Source of the DNA: Halieaceae bacterium
GTDB lineage: Bacteria > Pseudomonadota > Gammaproteobacteria > Pseudomonadales > Halieaceae
Assembly (NCBI GenBank): GCA_029247075.1
Contig: JAQWLX010000012.1
Coordinates: 1-58,629, forward strand
DNA: 58,629 bases
Reading direction: 5' to 3'
A program made the position numbers and the translations under genes. Every line of letters begins with the position of its first letter. Position 1 is the first letter of the stretch. Below the pieces are notes generated by a model that did not search any database, was not told where the DNA came from, and saw only the letters and a list, made by a program, of their open reading frames with translations. Shown here piece by piece: positions 1 to 7,257 of the stretch.

Positions 1-1
1 C

Positions 2-199
2 AGTCGTCTTGAGCACGCAGCTCAAAACCTAACTAATGTCTCGGCGAATACCGCAGCATCAAGGAGTCGAATCCTCGATGCGGACTATGCGCGTCAGACT
101 ACAGAATTAGCCCGAACCCAGATCATTGCGCAGGCAGGAACTGCGATGCTGGCCCAGGCTAACCAGATCAAGCAGACAGTTTTATCACTACTTAAGTAG
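2..199 (+). CDS. fliC: flagellin, C-terminal fragment (5' end lies outside the window)
   Basis: Frame 2 reads [65 protein letters not shown] then TAG at 197-199. This is the conserved flagellin C-terminal D0 helix pattern. Confidence 0.9.
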   Translation, partial: SRLEHAAQNLTNVSANTAASRSRILDADYARQTTELARTQIIAQAGTAMLAQANQIKQTVLSLLK

Positions 200-218
200 T
201 GAACGGTCCCCCTCCTGA

Positions 219-242
219 CCCGGCTTCGGCCGGGTTTTTTTT
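219..242 (+). terminator. Rho-independent terminator after flagellin
   Basis: GC stem CCCGGC (219-224), loop TTCG, GCCGGG (229-234), followed by a T8 run (235-242). It starts 20 nt after the flagellin stop. Confidence 0.85.
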
Positions 243-313
243 AATTTAAATCAATTAGTTATAGTAAAAATCTACTCTTTTGAAATAAAAACTAAAAAAA
301 TACACTTTTGCCC

Positions 314-340
314 TAAAGTTTTAATGAATAGTGTCGATTT
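314..340 (+). promoter_or_regulatory. sigma28 (FliA)-type promoter upstream of flaG
   Basis: TAAAGTTT (314-321) - 11 nt - GTCGATTT (333-340). The same geometry recurs at 3522, 28965 and 33409(-). Confidence 0.6.
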
Positions 341-450
341 CAGCTATGAGAAAAATTATTTCTGCCACTATGTATGGCAGTGCCCGCACGCGATTCGCTC
401 GGGAATAAAAGGGGGAGACCAGTTCAAACTGGTCCCAAAAGGTGTGAGAA

Positions 451-849
451 ATGGCTAGTATAGAGGGCACTATTGCGCCCGCATCAAGCATGGAAATAGC
501 GCAGGCTAATGCTTCACATAAAAGGACGGTAGAATCACTGCGTCCAGCGCCAGTTACTGGCAACGTATCAGCAATCAGTTCGAAGCAGAGAAGTTCCAGA
601 GCACAAAATATTTCTGAGATGCGAACTACTGAGGCGCAAATTCAGGATGCTTTAAATCGCCTAAGAGCGCATGCCAGGACACCCAAAAACCTTAACTTCC
701 GATTAGATCAGGTTTCTAATAGATGGATGGTTACGGTGAGGGATGAAAGTACTGGTAAGGTGGTAAGAGAAGTTCCTGGTGATGCTGTGCTTAAAGTAGC
801 GCACAATATAGAGAACTTGAAGGGAATACTGTTCGATCAGGTTCTGTAG
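451..849 (+). CDS. flaG: FlaG family flagellar protein
   Basis: 132-aa ORF directly after flagellin. The C-terminal half (LNFRLDQVSNRWMVTVRDESTGKVVREVPGDAVLKVAHNI) fits the FlaG pattern. SD AAGGTG lies upstream. Confidence 0.8.
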   Translation: MASIEGTIAPASSMEIAQANASHKRTVESLRPAPVTGNVSAISSKQRSSRAQNISEMRTTEAQIQDALNRLRAHARTPKNLNFRLDQVSNRWMVTVRDESTGKVVREVPGDAVLKVAHNIENLKGILFDQVL

Positions 850-941
850 GCTATACTTGTTTCACGATAGGTCGACTTTCGTGGAGAAAGAAGTAGTCTA
901 TTTTTCCGTGTAGCGTCCTAACGCATACGCGGAGAACTCTT

Positions 942-2633
942 ATGATTTTAAAAACGTTACGAGAATTGATCACTATTATATTTGTCGCTTGTTTAATTGG
1001 CGCTGCAATGTCCTTGGTGACCAATATGTTTGTCTCTGGTGTGGAAGCGGTTGGTGCACTTCGTGCTCAAGACACTTTTTTTAAGCTCGAGATTAAAGGT
1101 CAACTTTTCTCGGTTGGTAGCGTGGTTTTTCTTTGGATCACGGCGTTTGCAGTCTATTTTGTCAAGACATCACTCGGTATCAAGGCATGGGCTGGTCCTG
1201 CAGACTCGATTTATGCAGCTCATCAGAGTCGCGAACCCCTTGATCTAAAACGAGGATTTGGTTCGACTTTTGCCGCTTTTTTGTCGGCTAGTGGAGGAGC
1301 GGCGGTTGGTCAGTATGGTCCCCTTGTCCATTTTGGTGCCACAATGGGGGTATGGGTAAAGCGGTTTCTATCACCCTCCTTGTCTAATGAGGTCTATCTT
1401 GGCTGCGGTGTGGCCGCAGCGATATCAGCGGGATTCAATGCACCGATTGCTGGGATTATTTTTGCCCATGAGGCGATTCTTCGATTGTTTTCTATTCGCG
1501 CTGTTGCACCTATCTCTATTGCGGCAATTACTGCCAGCGCGGTGGATCGTTTTCTTTTCCCCAGTGACGTGACTTTTGCCATTGAAGCAGTTCTTCCGCC
1601 TTTGATTGAAATACTACCTGCTTTAATTGCCATCACCCCGATTTTGTCGCTGGTGGCTTTGGCATTCATGCTTTCGTTGCGCACCGCGCAGCGCACGGCG
1701 GCAAAATTTAGGGGACCTCCTTTTGTCCTTACTTTCTTGGCGGCTACATTGTGCGGTCTACTTGGTGTTTTTCTTCCCGATGTGCTTGGGCTTGGTATGG
1801 TTCAGATAAAACAAATGTTGTCGGGAGAATTCGCACTCAGCATGCTGGTTTTATTGCTCCTGGGTAAGCTTGTAGCTACTACCCTTTGTATTGGTTTTGG
1901 TTTGTTCGGAGGTGTTTTCGGTCCGGCAATTTTTATTGGTATTGCCGCGGGCGGTGTTTTAGGTGGTGTGGCAGAGGCGTTGGGACTTTCAAACTTTGCT
2001 CTTGTTGCAAGTGTTGCCTCTATGGCAGCGGTTAGTGCCTCAGTGATTGGTGCGCCCATCACTGCAACAATTATTATCCTTGAATTGACACAGTCTTATG
2101 AATTTGCCGTTGCCGCCATGGTAACTGTAATGTTATGTAATCTAATTACGCAGCGGGTTTTTGCTTTGTCTTTTTTTGATCGGCAGCTTTTGGATAGGGG
2201 TGTCGATTTGCGCGGCGGTCGCGAAGCGATTCATCTAAACCAAATTTTTTCATCGGAATTAGCCACCAACGATGGGATCGTTTTAGATAGCACTACTGAT
2301 GGGAATCAGGCAAGGGCTATACTAGAGGAAAGGTCACTGACAGAGGCTTACATTTGTGGAGAAGGCGGCGTGCTAATGGGTAAAGTGTCTCTTTTTCATA
2401 CCCTTAAAGCTCAAAATAACCCTGTAAAGGACTATATGGATACAGATCCTTTCTTTCTTTCTGGCACTGATACCCTTGCACATGCCATGTCAAAAGTGGC
2501 AAATTTCGTTGGAGAGAGCATACCAATAGTAGATAAGGAGACAGGTATCTTGATTGGAACTGTAACTGAAGGAGATTTGTTTAACGCGGTCATTGGGGTA
2601 CAAGGTGAGATAGTCAAGCAGGAGCGGGGCTAA
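942..2633 (+). CDS. ClC-family voltage-gated anion channel with C-terminal CBS pair
   Basis: 563 aa, polytopic. ClC blocks: GQYGPLVHFGA (cf. GREGPxVxxG), GFNAPIAGIIFAHE, GGVFGPAIFIG (GxFxP), GAPITATIIILELTQSY. C-terminal CBS-like segments (IPIVDKETGILIGTVTEGDL). SD GGAGAA before the ATG. Confidence 0.85.
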   Translation: MILKTLRELITIIFVACLIGAAMSLVTNMFVSGVEAVGALRAQDTFFKLEIKGQLFSVGSVVFLWITAFAVYFVKTSLGIKAWAGPADSIYAAHQSREPLDLKRGFGSTFAAFLSASGGAAVGQYGPLVHFGATMGVWVKRFLSPSLSNEVYLGCGVAAAISAGFNAPIAGIIFAHEAILRLFSIRAVAPISIAAITASAVDRFLFPSDVTFAIEAVLPPLIEILPALIAITPILSLVALAFMLSLRTAQRTAAKFRGPPFVLTFLAATLCGLLGVFLPDVLGLGMVQIKQMLSGEFALSMLVLLLLGKLVATTLCIGFGLFGGVFGPAIFIGIAAGGVLGGVAEALGLSNFALVASVASMAAVSASVIGAPITATIIILELTQSYEFAVAAMVTVMLCNLITQRVFALSFFDRQLLDRGVDLRGGREAIHLNQIFSSELATNDGIVLDSTTDGNQARAILEERSLTEAYICGEGGVLMGKVSLFHTLKAQNNPVKDYMDTDPFFLSGTDTLAHAMSKVANFVGESIPIVDKETGILIGTVTEGDLFNAVIGVQGEIVKQERG

Positions 2634-3487
2634 TGTCTTGCCGCTTTTCCTCGATTTTAGCTTTTGTTTTCTTAATTTCGTCAGCTTTTACTAGTGTTGA
2701 GTTAGAAGCGTCTCTGGAAGCTGGTATACGAGCCAAGGAACGTGGTCACTACGCGACTGCAATTCGTGCCTGGAAATCGCTAGCAAAAAAAGGAGATCCG
2801 CCGGCACAAAATAATATCGGCCACATGTACGAAGAGGGGCTAGGTGTCGCTCAAAACTACGCGGAGGCTATGAGCTGGTATAAAAAAGCCGCCGAAAGCA
2901 AGCTGCCAGAAGCTCAGTACAATGTAGGATTGCTTTATTATCATGGTTACGGTGTGGCGAAAAACCCCCGAGAAGCAATTAAATGGTTCAAATTATCTTC
3001 CAGAAAGAACCTTCCAGAGGCGCAGTACGTGATGGGTCTCGCGCATCACGAAGGAAAAGGCGTTCGCCTTGATTATAGGGAAGCCCTCTCGTGGTTTGCT
3101 AAATCGGCGAAGCAAAATCACCCGCCTGCTCAATTCATGTACGGTTTTATGTTTCAAGCAGCAGAAGGAATAGAGCCAGATCCCATGCGCGCCTATGCCT
3201 GGTCGAAATTGGCTGAGCTAAATAAGCAACCCGAGTCAGACGCAATTTACAATCTGGCTGCTCTGTCATTAGACAAAAAACAAATCTTGCAGGCGGAGGC
3301 AATTGCGAGCCTATGTTTTGGTTCTGCTTTGACGGATTGCCCTCTGCTTGAGAATGGCCCGTTAAAAGTGATTATCGATACTGATTCAGCGTCACCCCCT
3401 GAGACGAAAACTTCCCTCAAAGCTAGTCAACTTAAGGCCGCGGCTCAGGATGCTTACGAATCAATGGTCGAAAAACTAGGTTTATAA
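2633..3487 (+). CDS. secreted Sel1-repeat (SLR/TPR-like) protein; possible MotX-like stator/T-ring component
   Basis: Signal peptide (ILAFVFLISSAFTSVE). Tandem Sel1 units (AQNNIGHMYEEGLGVAQNYAEAMSWYKKAA; AQYNVGLLYYHGYGVAKNPREAIKWF; AQYVMGLAHHEGKGVRLDYREALSWF; AQFMYGFMF...). The ATG overlaps the ClC stop (TAATG). The Sel1 call is confident; the MotX assignment is inference only. Confidence 0.8.
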   Translation: MSCRFSSILAFVFLISSAFTSVELEASLEAGIRAKERGHYATAIRAWKSLAKKGDPPAQNNIGHMYEEGLGVAQNYAEAMSWYKKAAESKLPEAQYNVGLLYYHGYGVAKNPREAIKWFKLSSRKNLPEAQYVMGLAHHEGKGVRLDYREALSWFAKSAKQNHPPAQFMYGFMFQAAEGIEPDPMRAYAWSKLAELNKQPESDAIYNLAALSLDKKQILQAEAIASLCFGSALTDCPLLENGPLKVIIDTDSASPPETKTSLKASQLKAAAQDAYESMVEKLGL

Positions 3488-3521
3488 GTAAGAAAAACTT
3501 TCTTAAAAGGCTTCAGTCCCC

Positions 3522-3548
3522 TAAAGCGACGCGTTGATCGACCGATTT
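3522..3548 (+). promoter_or_regulatory. sigma28-type promoter upstream of fliS
   Basis: TAAAGCGA (3522-3529) - 11 nt - ACCGATTT (3541-3548), 40 nt before the fliS ATG. Confidence 0.5.
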
Positions 3549-3587
3549 ATAAGGCATTAAGCAATCGCAACAATAAGGCGTTTAGAC

Positions 3588-4007
3588 ATGAGCCCTAGAA
3601 ACAGACTCTTAGCAATGAACCAGTACAAGGGAGTGGATACAGGAGCTACCGCAGAGTATGCCGACGGTGTACAACTTATCCAAATGTTATTTTCTGCGCT
3701 CATGGATTCAATTAGTGATGCAGATGGCCATATACAGCGTGGCGACTTAGTCAAAAAGGGAGACAGTATCACTCGTGCCCAGAAAATTGTTAGCGGATTG
3801 CGACTTTCTCTAGACTTTGAACGAGGCGGTGAGCTGGCGCGAAATTTGGACGATCTTTATGAGTATGCTAATAGACGGCTCATTAACGCTAGTGCAAGTA
3901 ACGATGTTGAGGCGCTTAGAGAAGTCAAGGAAATCATCTCTGACATAAGTTCAGCCTGGCAGTTGATCCCGTCTCTCATGAAGCCTAGTGATACTGCAGC
4001 AGCTTAA
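3588..4007 (+). CDS. fliS: flagellin-specific export chaperone FliS
   Basis: 139 aa. LIQMLFSALMDSI...RAQKIVSGLRLSLDFERGGELARNLDDLYEYANRRLINA is the typical FliS four-helix pattern. Confidence 0.9.
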   Translation: MSPRNRLLAMNQYKGVDTGATAEYADGVQLIQMLFSALMDSISDADGHIQRGDLVKKGDSITRAQKIVSGLRLSLDFERGGELARNLDDLYEYANRRLINASASNDVEALREVKEIISDISSAWQLIPSLMKPSDTAAA

Positions 4008-4107
4008 TTTCATTTAACTTCGCATATAATACTGGCGCACTAGTTCCTCCCTAAATCTTCATATCATCGCGAGCTTCGCTCATATGTAATAGAATGAGTG
4101 GAGCGGC

Positions 4108-5193
4108 ATGTTTTTGCTGCTATTTGAAATTAGTTGGGAGAAACGCGAAATTAAGCTTCAGGATGTTGTATTTGGCGCCGCAATGAGAGAGATCTGGCAG
4201 ATTGTGGATGCGGCAGCAGCTAGTGATGCGCCCGTTATGATTCGCGGAGAGACTGGTGTAGGCAAAGAAGTGGCTGCGAGACAGGTTCATCAGCGCTCTG
4301 GCAGGGCCGGTGGCACGTTCGTGCCTATCAACTGCGGAGCAGTTCCATCAGAGCTCTTGGAAAGTGAGCTTTTTGGCCATCGAAAAGGTGCGTTTACAGG
4401 CGCTATCTCTGATCATAAAGGTCGGTTCGAGATTGCTGATGGTGGTACATTATTCCTTGATGAAATTGGAGATATGCCAGCGCATCTTCAGGTGAAAATC
4501 CTAAGAGTCCTTGAAGATAAGGCGATTACCCCTGTTGGCGCTATCCAAGAAACTGAGGTGAATGTAAGAATTATCGCTGCAACGCATCAGGATCTGGAGA
4601 AAATGATCCTGTCAGGTAGTTTTCGCGAAGACCTTTATTATCGACTCAATGTAATACCGGTTAATGTTCCACCGTTAAGAGAAAGGCGAGAAGAATTTGA
4701 TGATTTTCTCGATTTTTTTTCTAAGAAACATGCTGGTGAAAATGAGCGAATTACTTTCTCTTCTTTAACAAGGGAGCGACTCAGAGACTATCACTGGCCA
4801 GGCAATGTGCGTGAATTATCAAATCTGGTAGCACGCTTTAACGCGCTTTGGCCAGCATCGGAAATAGATATTTCGACTATCCCAAGGTCTATGTTGCCGC
4901 CTGGGATGAGATCTTCGCTCTCAGTTGGAGTCGATGCCTCCGCAAATATTGCATTGAATGACAGCCAAAGCGAGGTGGAAGCTATTATTGGACTTGCACA
5001 AGGCTGGCAGTCTGATAACGGAGAAAGAGACGGTGAGATAGAAATGCGGCAGATACTTCAAGATGTTGAATCGAAGCTTATATCTGCGGCTCTAGAAGAT
5101 TCAGATGGTAATGTTTCCGCTGCTGCCAAGCGGCTTAACATGCAACGGACAACATTAATTCAGCGGATTGCAAAGCTTGGGTTAAGAGACTGA
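4108..5193 (+). CDS. sigma54-dependent transcriptional activator lacking any N-terminal regulatory domain (AAA+ plus Fis-type HTH only)
   Basis: 361 aa. Walker A GETGVGKE begins ~45 aa from the start. GAFTGA loop (GHRKGAFTGA), Walker B LFLDEIG, WPGNVREL, C-terminal HTH NVSAAAKRLNMQRTTLIQRI. An in-frame TAG at 4090-4092 rules out N-terminal extension. Confidence 0.9.
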   Translation: MFLLLFEISWEKREIKLQDVVFGAAMREIWQIVDAAAASDAPVMIRGETGVGKEVAARQVHQRSGRAGGTFVPINCGAVPSELLESELFGHRKGAFTGAISDHKGRFEIADGGTLFLDEIGDMPAHLQVKILRVLEDKAITPVGAIQETEVNVRIIAATHQDLEKMILSGSFREDLYYRLNVIPVNVPPLRERREEFDDFLDFFSKKHAGENERITFSSLTRERLRDYHWPGNVRELSNLVARFNALWPASEIDISTIPRSMLPPGMRSSLSVGVDASANIALNDSQSEVEAIIGLAQGWQSDNGERDGEIEMRQILQDVESKLISAALEDSDGNVSAAAKRLNMQRTTLIQRIAKLGLRD

Positions 5194-5339
5194 GCAGTGT
5201 TTTGAGTATTCCGTGGTAACTTTTGTCCTTTTATAAAGCTGTCAAAAACTCGTCTTTTCCCGACTTAATAGTGACAATTTTCTATTTTTAAAGCCCTTAA
5301 ATAAACATAAATTATTGTTTTTAAACAATAAAAATAAAT

Positions 5340-5355
5340 TGGCATCCTATTTGCT
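5340..5355 (+). promoter_or_regulatory. sigma54 (-24/-12) promoter upstream of the second EBP and fliE operon
   Basis: TGGCAT-CCTAT-TTGCT. GG (5341-42) and GC (5353-54) are 12 nt apart. It lies 44 nt before the ATG at 5399. Confidence 0.8.
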
Positions 5356-5398
5356 TTAAATAAGTACTCAATTACTGTTTTTAGCCAAAGGAAATGCT

Positions 5399-6883
5399 AT
5401 GAGTTCAGATATTAACCCACGTATAGGTTGGATTTATGGAGATGGTGATGTTACTAGCCTGCTTGAGACGAGTGCATCAATAGAGGCGGAAATCATACCT
5501 TTGTCAGGATGGGAAGAGGCAGTCGACCAGGGTGGTGAGTGGTCGGCAATTATCATTGAGTTGTCCAAAAATGTAAAAGAGTTAGAGCATTTAATTAGGG
5601 AAACTGATTTTGGAGGTAATACTCCAATTATTGCCCTTGTCTCAAGGAATGATTTTGAAATTGGTATTAATTCAATGGCTGTTGGAGCCAGTGCAGTCAT
5701 TCAAAAAGAAGAACTAACGCCCGCCAAATTGGTCAAGAAACTTTCCTCATTCGACAATAATTTTTCTGATAGCCAAGAAACTATTTCAGTATCGACAGAA
5801 TTTGTCGACAGCATAGAAGCTCCTATTGACTCTCCTGAAACGAAATCTACTAATGAATCTTCTTATGTTTTTGTCGATCCGTTATCTCAAAGTTTATTTG
5901 CACTTGCGCAACGCGTTGCCAGAGCAGATGTATCAGTGCTTGTGCAGGGTGCGACAGGAGCCGGTAAAGAGGTGCTGGCAAAGGTTGTTCATCAATCCTC
6001 TCAAAGATCACAGCAACCGTACATCAGCATGAATTGTGCTGCGATACCAGAAAACTTGGCTGAGGGAATGCTTTTTGGTCATGAAAAAGGATCCTTTACA
6101 GGCGCTACAAGAACTCAAAAAGGCCTTTTTGAACAAGCGAATGGAGGGACAATTTTTCTTGATGAAATTGGAGAGATGCCTCTTGCGTTGCAGTCAAAGT
6201 TATTGCGTGTTTTGCAAGAAAAAACATTAACTAGGATTGGTGGAGAAAAATCTTTAAATCTAGACGTAAGAGTAATCGCGGCAACTAATCGGAATCTTAC
6301 CGATCTGATTAGTGCAAGATTATTTCGTGAAGATTTATATTTCAGATTAAGCGCATTTAAATTAACCATTCCACCATTGGCCAGCAGACGCTTAGATATT
6401 GCGCCGCTGGTTGATCTGATGCTTTCAAAGCACAGCGAATCGCTTGGCCGTGAAGTTGGTATTACTACTTCTGCTATGAATGAGCTAATGCATTACGGTT
6501 GGCCTGGTAACGTACGAGAACTTGAAAACGTTATTTCACGCGCCATTGTAATGAGTGATGGTGATCACATCGATGCTTGTCACATACTCCTTGATGATAT
6601 CAGACCCAATGATGGTTGGCAGGAGCTAGGTGATCAAACAGCCTCGGTAATGCAGAAATTAATATCTTCCAACCCATTTCAGGATGGTTTTGAAATAAAT
6701 ACCGGTGTTTTGGGTAGTTCAGTGAAGCAAACTGAGTGCAACACCATTCTGGCTGCATTGCAGGCGAGTAAAAATAGAGCAGAAGCAGCTGTCAAATTAG
6801 GAATTAGTCCTAGAACCTTGCGGCATAAGCTTAAGAAGCTAAGAGATGGTGGGATGCAAGTGCCACAGGCTTATGCGCGGTAG
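5399..6883 (+). CDS. sigma54-dependent flagellar activator with FleQ/FlrA-like (receiver-like, apparently non-phosphorylatable) N-terminal domain
   Basis: 494 aa. N-terminal ~120 aa is REC-like, with IIIELS where the D of hhhhD is expected. AAA+ core GATGAGKE, GSFTGA, IFLDEIGEM, WPGNVRELEN. C-terminal HTH NRAEAAVKLGISPRTLRHKL. Confidence 0.85.
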   Translation: MSSDINPRIGWIYGDGDVTSLLETSASIEAEIIPLSGWEEAVDQGGEWSAIIIELSKNVKELEHLIRETDFGGNTPIIALVSRNDFEIGINSMAVGASAVIQKEELTPAKLVKKLSSFDNNFSDSQETISVSTEFVDSIEAPIDSPETKSTNESSYVFVDPLSQSLFALAQRVARADVSVLVQGATGAGKEVLAKVVHQSSQRSQQPYISMNCAAIPENLAEGMLFGHEKGSFTGATRTQKGLFEQANGGTIFLDEIGEMPLALQSKLLRVLQEKTLTRIGGEKSLNLDVRVIAATNRNLTDLISARLFREDLYFRLSAFKLTIPPLASRRLDIAPLVDLMLSKHSESLGREVGITTSAMNELMHYGWPGNVRELENVISRAIVMSDGDHIDACHILLDDIRPNDGWQELGDQTASVMQKLISSNPFQDGFEINTGVLGSSVKQTECNTILAALQASKNRAEAAVKLGISPRTLRHKLKKLRDGGMQVPQAYAR

Positions 6884-6892
6884 GAGGTAGTT

Positions 6893-7231
6893 ATGAAAGT
6901 AGAACAAAATCCAATAGCACAGTCTTTGCTCGAGCAGATACGCCAGCACCAGCAACAGATAAGTGAAACTCGAATAGAAGCTGGTTTTGAGGTCGATTCA
7001 AAGACTAATCAGGTTAATTTTTCAGAGCTAGTGGGTAGCGCTCTAGACGAGGTCAATGCGCTAAAGAAGTCCTCAGCGGCTTCAGCGGCGGCATATGAAT
7101 CGGGGGTGGATATCCCCTTATCTGATGTAATGGTCAATATGCAAAAAGCATCGTTAGCTTTTGAAGCGACGCTCCAAGTACGAAATAAAGTACTAAAAGC
7201 ATACGAAGACATAATGAATATGCCAGTTTAA
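6893..7231 (+). CDS. fliE: flagellar hook-basal body complex protein FliE
   Basis: 112 aa. The C-terminus DVMVNMQKASLAFEATLQVRNKVLKAYEDIMNMPV is typical FliE. SD AGGAGG. Confidence 0.92.
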   Translation: MKVEQNPIAQSLLEQIRQHQQQISETRIEAGFEVDSKTNQVNFSELVGSALDEVNALKKSSAASAAAYESGVDIPLSDVMVNMQKASLAFEATLQVRNKVLKAYEDIMNMPV

Positions 7232-7257
7232 CAAATTCACTTTAGGGGATGATTTAA

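Noticed and set aside
4033-4048. TGGCGC-ACTAG-TTCCT upstream of the first EBP, resembling a sigma54 promoter.
   Set aside because: The -12 element reads TTCC instead of TTGC (no GC dinucleotide 12 nt after GG), unlike the four clean sites. A master regulator is also more plausibly sigma70-dependent, and a TATAAT sits at 4025-4030.
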